Shown: positions 49,547 through 61,980 of the stretch, one piece after another | Position numbering within the stretch: the stretch's first letter is position 1 | How the letters are laid out: every line of letters starts with the position of its first letter | Assembly (NCBI RefSeq): GCF_018350175.1 | Contig: NC_058368.1 | Span: forward strand, 135,162,001-135,226,000 | Direction of reading: 5' to 3' | From: Felis catus | Taxonomy: Eukaryota | DNA: 64,000 bases | The notes under the pieces: generated by a model | What the model saw: the letters and a program-made list of their open reading frames with translations, nothing else | Told to the model about the DNA's origin: nothing | The model's database searches: none | Program-made: the position numbers and the translations under genes

Positions 49547-49880
49547 TAATGACTGAAAATCTTACAAGTTTGTGATAAGACTTAAATTTACAGATCCAAA
49601 AAGCTCAGTGAACTCCAAACAGGAAAACTCTGCCCATTATTCAAATTCCTGAAAACCAAAGATAAAGAAAAAATCCTGAAAAAGTAAGATGAAAACACAT
49701 TACACATGGGAGAATGATTCAAATTGAATGACTTTTCATTGGAAATTGTGGAAGTCAGAAGAGTGGGACTTTTTTCAAAGGACCAGGGCAGGGAGGAGCA
49801 CTATTAATCCTGAATTCAGTATCCAGTAAAAATATTTTTCAAGGATGAAAACAAAAGACACTTTCATTTAAAATAAAACT
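49547..49880 (+). mobile_element. Ancient L1 ORF1 remnant, right part
   Basis: ATAATGACTGAAAAT...CAGATCCAAAAAGCTCAGTGAACTCC...AAAGATAAAGAAAAAATCCTGAA matches the ORF1 [15 protein letters not shown] region, degraded. Confidence 0.75.
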
Positions 49881-49886
49881 AGGAGA

Positions 49887-50340
49887 GGGACGCCTGGGTG
49901 GCTCAGTCGTTTAAGCTTCCAACTTTGGCTCAGGTCATGCATGATCTGGCAGTTTGTGGGTTCAAGCACCACGTTGGGCTCTGGGCTGACAGCTCAGAGC
50001 CTGGAGCCTGCTTCAGATACTGTGTCTCCCTCTCTCTCTCTGCTCCTCCCCTGATCACTCTCTTTCTCTCTCTCCCTCTCTCAAAAATAAATAAACATTA
50101 AAAAAAAATCTCATGGGGCACCTGGGTGGCTCAGTCGGTTAAGCGTCTGACTTCAGCTCAGGTCATGATCTCGTGGTTTGTGAGTTCGGGCCCTGCGTCG
50201 GGCTCTGTGCTGACAGCTCAGAGCCTGGAGCCTGCTTCAGATTCTGTGTCTCCCTCTTTCTCTCTCCCTTCCTCACTCTCTCTCTCTGTCTCTCTCTCTC
50301 TCTCAAAAATAAATAAACATTAAAAAATAAATAAAAACAA
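49887..50340 (+). mobile_element. Two tandem CanSINEs (49887-50108, 50115-50340)
   Basis: Two heads, bodies, CT tracts and AATAAATAAACATTAAAA tails. Confidence 0.95.
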
Positions 50341-51360
50341 AATAGACTCTGAACTTTTTAAACTTTTTTCCTTCAGAGCACAGTACACAATTCACTGATT
50401 TTAGTCAGATACCAAGATAATTTTCTACATTCAACCTAACTCCATTAACATATAATTACCCCTCATGGAAGTAGGACATCACAGCTTATTCCCTTCCTTC
50501 CAAGTCCTCGTTAAGCAAACATACTCCTCTTCACCTCCTCCCCAAGCCCAATCACCAGGCAAGGTCTATGCACTCGTTTTCTCATACACATCCTCAAAAA
50601 TTCTTGACCCCAACACAAACTCATTTTTCAAAAATTATAATTTTAATTGCCTCTTGAAAGCAGGTAGGAAAGGTTGTCTCAGATTGACTTCTATTTATGA
50701 ACTAAATTATATCAACTGGCTTTTGCTTTCATGATGTGTTTTACTGTTTTCTATATAGCTGCAGGTTTAATATTCTCTAATCCACATAATCATTCCTCCT
50801 TTGCCCACACAATTCACTGGAAATTATTCTCACTGGGAAGTTCTCTGCTGAACCAATCCACGATCTCAAGATGATGTCAATGTGGAATGAAAATTTTTCT
50901 GTTATGGTGACAGTGAGTTGGGTATGGCAAGCTAAATGCAAATTTCAGTTAAAGGAAAAAAAAGGTGGCTAGGAATAGAACATAAGTGCTTTTGACTAGA
51001 TCTCTAGCAAGAAGGATTGGTGATTCCCCTGTGACTAATGTCATGACAAGTTATAATCTGAGGAGACACTCAAGCCTTAGAATATAAGATGTATGGTATA
51101 AGACTCATTATATGGCAGGCATAAATACTGAATTAAGCTAATACAATTGCACAGAGCTATAGGCCCTGAGATGCTCCCCAGAACAATAACTGAATGAAGT
51201 GTCTCCTCTTTGGTTTCAGAAAGATGAGTTGTGGGTATGTTGAGAGATAAAAGTCGACTGATAACCACCATGGTGGGCTTATAAAAGTCAAATACAAGGA
51301 AAAAAAATCAGATAGTGAAAAAAGGAAAAAGTGAAAAGGTAAAATTCCCAATTTCACCCT

Positions 51361-51421
51361 TCTCTCTCTCCCTCTCTCTCTCTCTCCACCTCTCTCTCTC
51401 TCTCTCCCTCTCTCTCTCTGT
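51361..51421. repeat. (CT)n imperfect microsatellite
   Basis: Visible pyrimidine dinucleotide run. Confidence 0.9.
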
Positions 51422-51554
51422 CATTGCTCATGTTCCATCCCCCATTTCTCAATCCTACTTCTGAATGGTAAGTCGTTTTAAGAGTTACTTGGCTAGCATT
51501 CCAAAAATTTCTATTTATATGCGTGTTCTCAAACCCCTCTCTTGCCTTTTTAAG

Positions 51555-52545
51555 ATAAACTTTAAAAAAAAATTTTTAGATTTAAAGAAAAGTTACAGAG
51601 AATTCACATCCAGGTCCCCCTATTGTTAACATTTTACATAGTCATGATACATTGATCAAAACTAACAAATTCAGGGGCACCTGGGTGGCGCAGTTGGTTA
51701 AGCGTCCGACTTCAGCCAGGTCACGATCTCGCGGTCTGTGAGTTCGAGCCCCGTGTCAGGCTCTGGGCTGATGGCTCAGAGCCGGGAGCCTGTTTCCGAT
51801 TCTGTGTCTCCCTCTCTCTCTGCCCCTCCCCCGTTCATACTCTGTCTCTCTCTGTCTTAAAAATAAATAAAGGTTGAAAAAAAAAATTAAAAAAAAAAAA
51901 CTAACAAATTCACATTGATATATTACTATTAACTGAACTATACAGTGTATTCAGATTTCGCTAGCTTTTTCATTAATGCCCCTTTTTGCCACTCTAAGAG
52001 TCCATCCGGGATCCTCGTTGAATTTAGTTGTCATATCTCCTTAGGCTCTTCTGCTCTTAGTCTCCTCTGACAATTTTGAGGAGTATCGGTGAGAAATTTT
52101 GTAGACTGTCTCTCAATTTTGATTTGTCTGGTGTTCCTCTCATGATTACATTGGGGCTATAGGTATGGGAGAAGACTACTGCAGAGGTTAAATGCCCTTT
52201 TCACCATATTACAACAGGGGGTACACAGAATCAACATGGCTTATCACTGGTGATATTAATATTGCCCCCACTCGGCCAAGATAACATCTGCCAGTTTTTC
52301 CCCTATAAAATTAGTATTTTTTCCTTTCTATACTCCATTCTTTGGAAGCAGGTCATTAATCCAACCCACACTCAATGCAAAGGGGACTAAGTTCCATCCC
52401 CTGAAGGGGGTGTCATCTACATATATTATTTGGAATTCTTCTCAAGGGAAAAATATTTCCCTCCTTCTTTATTTATTCATTTAATTCTTTATATCAGATG
52501 AACCTGTTTATATTTATTTCATACTTTAAATTATAGTACAATATT
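51555..52545 (-). mobile_element. Old L1 3' UTR (L1MC/MD-like), interrupted by a SINE
   Basis: TTTTAGATTTAAAGAAAAGTT...ATTTAGTTGTCATATCTCCTTAG...GATTTGTCTG.TGTT.C.CTCATGATTA blocks. Confidence 0.75.
51674..51896 (+). mobile_element. Young SINEC_Fc copy with TSD
   Basis: GGCGCAG/TTCAGCCAGG variant; TSD AAAACTAACAAATTCA at 51658-51673 and 51897-51912. Confidence 0.96.
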
Positions 52546-54210
52546 ACACCGTTCTTTTTAACATACGTGAAATCATTTTATGTGAAAAGTTCTGAAACTT
52601 TTTGATTTACATAATCCACACTATTTTTCCATATCAGGCTGGATAGATCTACTTCACTGTCACTTCTACAAAATATAACATTGTAAAAGTGTTTCGTATT
52701 TTACCTATTCAGTCCTATTTCATAAGATATTTAAGTTGTTTTAATTTTTATTCTTATTCAAACAATGTTCAATGAAATTCTTGCGTACATCTTTATGTAT
52801 TGCAAGTCTATATCAATAAGCTAAATTCCTAACAATGTAATTGCCAAGTCAAAAGTCATGTGCAATTTCCAACGTGGTAGGTATTGTCTATTTGTTTTCA
52901 AAAGAGTTGTACCAATTAATAATGGTGGTGGGCTTTTAATACATCACTGCATTTGTAGCAGGGACCCCACTTTCTCTTTGTAATTGTGGTGCAGAGACCC
53001 CTTTTCTACTTACAGCAGGCTGTTTTCTTTATATTTTGTGCTACAGACACACAAACCTACAGAAGTGGGACTTAAGTTTTAGTCTTAGGTGGACATGTTC
53101 TGATCAGAAATTGACAGAAGCCACAGAAATAATGGGAGAAATAACTCGAGGCTTGCTAGATCATGGGAGCAGAAAATAAAAACCAAGAGAAATATGACCA
53201 GAAAGGGTAAAAGAGGTGGCAGGAGTAGAGACCTCAAGGAGACTCAACACCAGGACCTGCCAAATTAGAAAAATAGACCAAGGTATGACCTTAAGAAAGA
53301 GACTGCTTCAAGAGCTTCTTGACATAAGATTCTAAGAAAATAGAATAACCAGATCTGGATATAAGGCTAACCCTTGGAGTCATTCTTAATATTTACCCAA
53401 AGAGATCAAGCACACCAGTAACTGTTTTGTTAGGGACTAGCAACTGAAAGAGGTGATGATAAAAAGGAGAAAATTAAAATCCAAAGCCTGGCTTGTTCTG
53501 TGCAAGAGATAGCTGAATTCTAAAAAGAGGTGTTTTGCTTTGTTTTGTTCCCCTCTAATGGGCCTATCCTCTGGACTTCTTTCACCACAAATCCTTTGGA
53601 AGACAGGATGCCAGTCTGCTGTGGCAGATACTGCCTTTGAGAAAGGCTTGAAGTGACCTCTACGTCATATATGAGAGAGTAATGCCTTCTTTTTATTTCT
53701 TGGGGGATGCTGGTAAATCAGGACTGTAGTCTTCCTCCCAAGACTCTGCCTAAAGGTTTTCCTGTCATTTTTGCTATAAGTAGAGTCCTCCTCGCCCCCG
53801 GCAAAAAAATAAACCTAACCCCCATAGCACAATAAATATGAACACAATCCTAACAGAGAAGGTTGCCTCTTTCCTAACCACAGATCTGCTGACTGGTTTG
53901 GGGTTAGTTTACATGGAGTCAGTAAGAAGTCTATTAAGTTAGGGCACTCATCTTTTCAATAATGATACAGAATCTCCACATCTCTCAAATATACATCAGG
54001 TTTGGGGGCCATTCATTTCCATTACCCTCTCTCCATGGGAAAAACCAAGAACACCAAGTCTCTAAAACAATTAGCTGAATCACTGCTGCAATTTAACATC
54101 TTATTAGAAAATGTTCATTCTTTGTCATTGTGCCTGAAGCCAATGGCACAAAGGAAACAATTACTTAAAAATAGAAGAAATAAATTAAATGATACCAACT
54201 AACAAGTTTC

Positions 54211-54331
54211 TTTTTTTTTAAATATGAAATTTATTGTCAAATTGGTTTCCATACAACACCCAGTGCTCATCCCAACAGGTGCCCTCCTCAATACCCATCA
54301 CCTACCCTCTCCTCCCTTCCACCCCCCATCA
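54211..54331 (-). mobile_element. Severely 5'-truncated L1 (3' terminal ~110 bp plus A tail) of the same family as the full-length copy
   Basis: Reverse complement matches 49368-49478 with about 6 mismatches in ~111 nt. Confidence 0.92.
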
Positions 54332-55765
54332 TCAACTTACAAACTTAAAATTGAAACAATACCCCCTACATGTTCTTCTTGGACAACTCTTCCTCCTCCC
54401 AAGAGATTAGTAGGTAAATGACATCCTATTTTCTCTATTTGCACAACATTAATCATGTGAGTAGAAGGGGATACAATAACATTCTTGCACAAAATAGCTT
54501 GGTCTCTCCAGTTTGTAGCTAATGAGTTTGCAACCCATGGATTTTGTAGGCTGATTCTCTGTGACCTAAGGAGCCACAATGACAGTTCCAAAGGCTACAC
54601 TAATTCCATATTGAAATAAATGAGGGAGGGAATGCTTAAGAGTGGACATTAGGAACTGAGCTATTTCCATTACCCTATTTTAAGAAAAGCACTAGACAGA
54701 TGGCCCAGGTACTAGCTATTATTGACCCCTAACTTCAGAAACTCATTTGCAATAAGCTTTCCATACCTATTTGGATGGGAAATGTACTATTGCCTCTCTT
54801 CTCCATGAGGCGATCAAGAAACACACTTCAAAAAATTCCCAAGGGACACATAATCATCCTTTCAAAATAGCAATTTGGCTGTAGCAGCCTTCTTCACATT
54901 CAGCTAAGCAGGTCTGTGAATGGTAATGGAGACAGCTAATGCCTTTTGGGTTTTCTGGGGATAGGGGAAACTTACCACTACATGTAATTAGTAAGGAATA
55001 GCCAAAAAAAAAAAAAAGACAGCTGTTGTGGAAACCAAACTGAAAATACCCTAACAAATAAGGCTAAACAACATTCACTGGGTCCCACTGGGCGGAAGGG
55101 GATACTTTTCTAATGTTAAGGCTTCCAAAGTCATAAATTAGTAGGACTTTACAGGGGCCGGTAAAAGGAAAGGGAAGATCCATAAGAAAATGACAGATTC
55201 TGTTTAATTTCCATGACTTTGTTTCACCTGCCAGCTCTTTCTTCTTGGTTAACTCATCTGATGTCTCCACTTCCACCGACAACAACAAAAGCAGTAACAA
55301 GATTCTCAATTATTAGTGACTGGGTTGCCTACAGTGGAGGAGGAGGTCGTCACCTGCTAAGATGTGGCCAGCAATGACTGCATGAAGAATGTTCCAAAAG
55401 CCCACAGTCCAGCTCTCCCCTTGCTGGGTTTCAGACAGGAGGAAGCAGACCAAGGCCAGCAGGGGCCATCTGGTAAAGGAGAGGGAGGCTTTCCACTTGC
55501 CGAAATCTATCTGGGACTTTTTTCTCCCATGGTGCCCTCACAGGCCCCTCCCCTGAATTCTCCCAGAAAGCCCATTCTTCGCTGCCTCCAGACCCTTGCT
55601 CTCCTCTCTGCCTGGGATTGCCTGGGTGCTGTCTCCTCATCCTGTCCTAATCTAATTTGAACTCATTCTTCAATGACCCACTTCTTCCTGGTTTATGGAC
55701 CTTTCCTTTCATCTCAGCCTACTCTGAGCTTCTGCTTCTTTGAAACTTGTACCTCTTACAATCTA

Positions 55766-55805
<40 letters not shown>
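55766..55805. repeat. (TAA)n microsatellite
   Basis: About 12-13 TAA units directly abutting the TA site of the MER44-like element. Confidence 0.95.
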
Positions 55806-55806
<1 letters not shown>

Positions 55807-56216
55807 ACTAGTCTCTCCTTATTCATGATTTGCTTTCCACAGTTCCAGTTACCTATGATCAACCATGGTCCAGAAGGAGATGATCCACCTCTTGATGTAT
55901 CATCAGAAGGCCAATAGTAGCCTAATGCTATGTCAGAAGGCTTAGGTCATTCACTTCACTGCACAGTAAAACATTGAAAGAGAGATATCATTCACATAAC
56001 TTTTATTACAGTATATTTTTATAATTATTCTATTTTGTTATCAATTATTATTGTCATTCTCTTAGTATGCTTAATTCATAAATTAGACTTAATCATAGGT
56101 ATGTATGTATAGAAAAAGTCATACATATAGGCTTTGGTACCATCACAGTTTCAGGCATCCACTGAGGGTCTGGGAACATATTCCCCCCCACACACACGAG
56201 TAAGGGGAGACTTCTG
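55806..56216 (-). mobile_element. MER44/Tigger7-like TcMar MITE
   Basis: Ends CACTAGTCTCTCCTTAT... and ...TAAGGGGAGACTTCTG with TA flanks; internal GTTTCAGGCATCCACTGAGGGTC.GGAACATATTCCCC. Confidence 0.82.
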
Positions 56217-58729
56217 TAATGACAATATTTATGTAGGTATGTAGATATGTATTGAGTATCCACTACATACTAGGGCCTAAGCTAAGCAGTTCGTACATAT
56301 TATTTAACTTCACAGTTATCCAAATCTATTTGGCATTTGAGGAAACTGGTTATAGAGCTAGTAAGTGGCAGGGATGAGATTTCAACCCACATCTGTCATC
56401 AGCAAAGTCCATCTTCTTCCCATATTCCATACTCCATTCTCCCAGCTTCCTCACAATATACTTGGATTGAACCCTTTCTATACCATTTTGTGTCTTATTC
56501 TACGTGCTTATGCCTTATCTACACAATGGCATTTACTCCTTTGGTGAGTGGAGATCATGTGTTAAAAGTATGTATACTCACCATTTTGTCTAGCATGGGG
56601 CTAGGCACTTGGTAGGTGCCCAATATTTGTGAATAGATATAGAATAGATGTAGGACAAATGAAATGTATATTTCTTTGAAGTTCTTACTAAGAATGATCT
56701 TACTAGACTGCAGGACATGGAGTAGGGAGGGCTGGGTGGTGGTGATGTGTGGAAGGAGCCCCCAAACAGTCAATAAATCATCATTCTTGGGTTCACTATG
56801 GTTCTCTCATCTCCTCAGCAATAGGTGAGGCCATGTGAGACCTGGCACAAATGCAGTACCAGAGAAATCCCCACCATGGACTGTCTCTGCCACAAAAGCA
56901 GTGTGGCTGTGGCACTCATTGTTCCTAAGGTTTGTCTGAGGGGTCAAGGTCACTTCGCCAATCAGCTCCAGGACAGAACTTACACATTTTCCTGGGCTCC
57001 CTTGCAAAGTTTTAAACGGCTTAGTTAGATCATTGGGAACCAGTGCCAAATGGAAGTCTTTCTGACTGACCTGCTATTAGGAGGTCACTGCATTATAAAC
57101 CTTCAAAGCTTTAACCATAAAATAATTTCAAATGCAATGTCAAGAGAAGAGTTTTAACATGTAATAAATAAAATTTAGAAGATGCATAAAAATTAAAGGA
57201 TGGGTCAATGAATTTGAATGACACACACATTAATCAGCCAGGTTACTTCACCTTGCTGTGCCTCAGTCTCCCCACCTCTGTCATTCTCCAATTACCTTCT
57301 AGATGTCACCTGAGATTCACTTATGGCCTGAGCTTCCTTTCCCAAGTGTCATGTAAATATATACTGTGTTCCTAAAAACCTCCCTGCACACAACCTCCAT
57401 GACAAATGTGTTTCACTCAGATGCTTCTGTGAGGGCAACTAGGTGCATCTTAAAGAAAAAACAAAATGGATGGAGTGAATTATTTTCTGAGTTGAAGGAA
57501 GCAAAGCCAGAAACAGTATAGGATCCGATATACAATCTGCTGCTTATCCTTTGAGCCACGTTGCTTTCCTTTACAAGTACTTAAGAGAAAAAGGTTTCTC
57601 ATCAAGGAGAGCAATACCTTTGTAATGACTGATAAAGTGATTTGAGAAAATTCCTTACTATCACAGATTACCACAATTTTCATGTCAGTTATAAATTAAG
57701 AATGTACTTAATGCATTTTTTAAGTGGACAAAATGCCAGCAAAAAGAATACAGGACTCACCGAAGAGGGGAAAAGCCACAGTTCTCGCCAAATCTCCAGC
57801 CCAGTCCACTTGGCCAAAACTTCCTTCCTTGTTAAATTCTCCTATCTCTACTTTTCATGGGTCTCCTTTTCCCCTTAGGCTACTGCCACACTATCTGCAG
57901 TCTCCTTTGGCCACCTGTACAAGACAACACTTTCACCTCCTCTCCTTCCTCTGCTTGATTCTCTAACATTTCAGGAGCCAGGATACAAGACACCCAAGGC
58001 TTTAAAATCAGACACAAAGTTTCAGGACTAGAGGGGACCTGAGCTGCCCTTCTGAGAACAGGACTTGGACTTGTGTCACTTGCTAGCTGCTAGGCTCTCA
58101 GCTGAGTCACAGATTGGTGAGGCTGTCAGATCCCTGTCTTTCAGACTAAGGAAGCTCTGGCTCTATCTAGAAGCCAACAGCATTTAGGTTTCTGTCTTGG
58201 CTTTGAAAGAGAAGACCTGCTGATACCATATGCTAGTTCATTCTTTTTCTGTGGAAACTATAGCTATGGAACAGTAAAGCACTATACTGGAAACAGGTAA
58301 TAAAGACAGCTGCCTTCTGGAGAGCCATCTCCAGTGAGAGCCTTCATTGTGTCAGACTATGGTCTTGCCAAGCAGCAGTGACCAGGTTAGTCCTACATAT
58401 CGAAATAATAGTGGGTGGGGACAGGAATCCAAGCTTGGCAAAGTTGTAATCTAATTTTGGGGGTGTTGAGCATAAGCAGGATAAAGCCCTATAGGGACCA
58501 CATGGGGTATTAGGGAATAAAATGGCTCCTTCCTCAAGGAAATAGCTAGAAAGGAAAGCTACCAAGATACATCCCAAAAGGCTTTTGGTCCTTTGGGACT
58601 AAATTAGGGTCATCAAAATCTCTATGTTGGGAATGAATTAGTCATTATTATTATTATGCCAGGACCGCCTATTATATCTATTCTTCAAACCTCACCCATG
58701 TGTTATACCCTCCAGGAAGCCTTCCATAA

Positions 58730-58950
58730 ACTCCACCCCACCTTGAGTTAGATGCTGTTCTTCTGGTCCCCAACACCATATCTTAGTAGTGACTTACTGC
58801 ACACCCTGTGCTGTAATCGTGTACTTCATCTCATCAAGAGGCTCAGCTCCTTGAGAACAAGGCTTATATCTTTTGGTTCATAACTTTAGCACCTAGAATT
58901 GTACCTTGGGCATGGTACATGCTTACTATATGTTTAAATGAATGAGTATT
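58730..58950 (+). mobile_element. L2 3' end fragment
   Basis: AGCTCCTTGAG.ACAAGG...TAGCACCTAG...ATGGTA.ATGCT...TGTTTAAATGAATGA. Confidence 0.65.
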
Positions 58951-60496
58951 ACTTTTTGTAATAGAGTCTTTCCTTCCACCAAAGAGCTTATCTTGGTGCA
59001 TTCCCATAATGCTACAGAGGGTAGGGAATTGTGACATCACTCTAAGATAAGACAAAAGCAAAGAGGTTCTACTAAGCAGAGTACAAAGAGGCTATTGTCA
59101 GCAGAGAGTCCGGAGGTTTCTCCTTCCCTTGAGAATGATTAAAGTAGCTCAAAGCCCTATGGGTATTTTCTCAGCCTCCCATTGGGCCAGCCTGACCATG
59201 AAAAGGTATATATGACCTTGGAACCCCCTTTTGTTACTGGGGTGCAAAAGAAACAAGGTTGGGCTGTGTGGTGGTCTGGTGTGCAAAGCATAGGAGGATG
59301 AGATTGATGTTCAATGCTCTAGGCTCCAAGGACAACATGACCTGGTCTTGAGCACAGGGTGAGTGAGACCTCAGCCCTCTGGCGACCCACATAGGAATTC
59401 CAGCTGTACCATGAAGTTATCATATACCTTTCCTGAGCTCTTAATTCAATCTTCAGTGAGGGAAAAAAAAAAAAAAGAATGGCTGGCATTTTCCATCAAG
59501 GGCTCTGAATAAAACTGGAAATACTTTGTGCTGCTGGGGGGCAGGGGTAAGACGAGCTGCTGAATTGTAATGGGTCCTTAAACAGGCCACACAGCCACAG
59601 GAAAAGCCATTTGGAAGGTATATTTTGATTAGTCCTTCTTTTAAAGACTTACAATATTTTTAAAGAACCACATGAATTCTGTTCTTAACTTGCATAAAAG
59701 CCTGCAGTTAATTTTTATGAGAGAGATTTCAAATCCCTGAAAAACAGGTTTGGTAAAATCTCTGACAAGACTTGAACTGCAAGGTTTAGGGAGACCTCAG
59801 AAGAAAATCAAGATTTGTATTTTCTTTGTACATTTTCCCTGAAATGCTGGGTCACTTTTTTTGGTAAATAATATTTACAGGACAGCAAATCATGCTTAAC
59901 AAGTGAACTCCAATCCACTCATTGGAAAATGCCAACCATGAGTGACTTTCTACTGACCTGTAGTGGATGGGGCAAACCATCAAGCTAGTTATTTTCAGAT
60001 TAAGAGTTTTCTTGGTTTCTGATAAGGGATTTTGAGAGAAGACCTCATAAAACACACCATAAACTTTTGTCTTCCTCCCTCACCCCTAAAAGGCTTTACT
60101 CAGTTGAGATTTTCTGTTTATATTCCTCACATTGGCAAAAGGCATGTGCTGGCCAATAAAATCCTTCATCATGCAAATGCCTGAGTTTTGACTTGATCTG
60201 TGACTACACATGTACGTCAATTAAAGGCAACACATTAAGAAAAAAATTTGTTTCTAATTTAGCCACTTAACTGATTTGTATCCTTGAAGTCAATTAGTTA
60301 TGTCACAAATGCTAATATCCCCCCAATGATCTCTGGTTTGGTCAAAGTGACTGAGAAATCAAATGATCCTCCTGACAGGTTAGGGTGTATGGACACATCA
60401 GAAAAGAACTAGCATAGGAAACAAAGGTAGACTTCATTTTTTCTCTCTCTCTCTGTCACCTTCCCCTTAGTCCGAACTCAAAATTGCGGAAGACCA

Positions 60497-60713
60497 GGAG
60501 CGCCTGGGTGGCTCAGTCGGTTAAGCATCTGACTTCAGCTCAGGTCATGACCTCACGGTTTGTGAGTTCGAGCTCCACGATGGGCTCTGTGTTGACAACT
60601 GGAGCCTGGAGGCTGCTTTGGATTGTGTCTCCCTCTCTCTCTCTGTTGTTCCTCCCTTCTCTCTCTCTCTCTCTCAAATAAAAAAAAAAAAAAAAAAAAA
60701 AACATTAAAAAAA
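60497..60713 (+). mobile_element. CanSINE
   Basis: GGAGCGCCTGGGTGGCTCAGTCGG head, CT tract, long A tail. Confidence 0.94.
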
Positions 60714-61809
60714 GAGTAGACCAACTTGTGGCATTCTGGCTACTTCTGAAGAGCCAATTCAGCATTTACAATATTTCTGCATGCCCTTCACACTACCAGA
60801 AAAAAAGCAGTGGTTCTGGAGGCCAGGACCAGCAGACTGCTGTGTTGAAGAGGTCAGAACGAAGACTCCAGGGCTAGGATACTGTGTCAACTCCCAGCAC
60901 TAGACCACAGCAGCAGGTCCTCAGCAAATGAAATGCCCAGGAGTTGAGTCCAGTTAGAAGTTAAACCTCAGACTCCCCTCCATCACCCTCAGACCCTGCC
61001 ATTCTCCATCCACTTCTTCCTCCCTTTGCCCACCTTCTCCACCCTGGAAGCCCAGCCTCAAAACAAGCTATATCTGGAAACTGCTTAGCTTGTGGCCAGT
61101 GTGTGAAATATTTTAAACATTCTAACCCTGCAGCAACAGCGATCAGTGGTTTTACGTCCACACTGGAGTGTGAGGACCAAATGTAAATAAATGTTTAATC
61201 ACAGCATTATTCCCAGAATGGCAAGACACTGTATTTTAGGATTTGGGAAGAAAGGGTCATTGTTAAGCATCTCAGAGGAATCGAGGTTGGGAGCAAGAAG
61301 TAAAGGTTGATCTGAACAAAAGATCATGCTAGCTTTTGCTAGACAAACCATGTATGCTCCGGAACGGGCATGTCTGGGTGGGCAGAAAGCTTACTCCACA
61401 GCAGGGTTTGAAAGGATAGCCGAAGGAGAGGGTATTAAGCCAGTATGGAAAGTACAGAAACACTCCTCCTTCCAGCCTAACTGCAAAAAGTGACCATGCA
61501 GAACTTTCCATACATGTACATGGTTTCCTTTTCCAGCATTTATAAAATCTATTTACACATTTTCTAAGCTGTCTCCCTTGACAACAACTGATTCCATTAG
61601 AGTCCTGGAATCCTAAAATGTCTGATATAATCCATTCCAATGTTTTTCATTTGACAGTTGGAAAACCTAAGATCCAGAGAGAGACAGTGACTTCCCCTAG
61701 ATTATGAAAGTTTTCTGTTCCGCCAAGGTTGCTGCAGCATTCAAAAAGCAATCATCTATGTGACTTAGGGCAGGGAGGCTGGGGTAACACAGTGTGTTTG
61801 GATAATGAC

Positions 61810-61980
61810 CAACTGTATGATCTTAAGCTATTTCACTCATTTCCCTGAACCTTGGTTTCCCCATTTCTAACAAAAGGGATAATAATAGCACCTACCTCAG
61901 ACAGTTGTTAGAAGAATTAAATGAGACAATGTATAGTACTGAATAGAGTGCCTGGTGCCTAGGAGTTATCAACAAATGTA
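61810..61980 (+). mobile_element. MIR fragment
   Basis: CTGTATGATCTT...CCCTGAACCTTGGTTTCCCCAT.T.TAA...GGGATAATAATAGCACCTACCTCA..AGTTGTT...AGAATTAAATGAGA. Confidence 0.78.

Noticed and set aside
55064..55309. ORF MRILLLLLLLSVEVETS... resembling a signal peptide
   Set aside because: Starts at TTG, the Leu run comes from a (CAA)-like repeat on the opposite strand, and no homology is recognised.
3473..60681. Recurrent short ORFs of the MAQSVK...VMIS...SVLTAQSLEP type
   Set aside because: Translations of CanSINE bodies, mostly from GTG starts; not a gene family.
61367..61376. p53 half-site GGGCATGTCT
   Set aside because: Only one decamer, with no adjacent second half-site.
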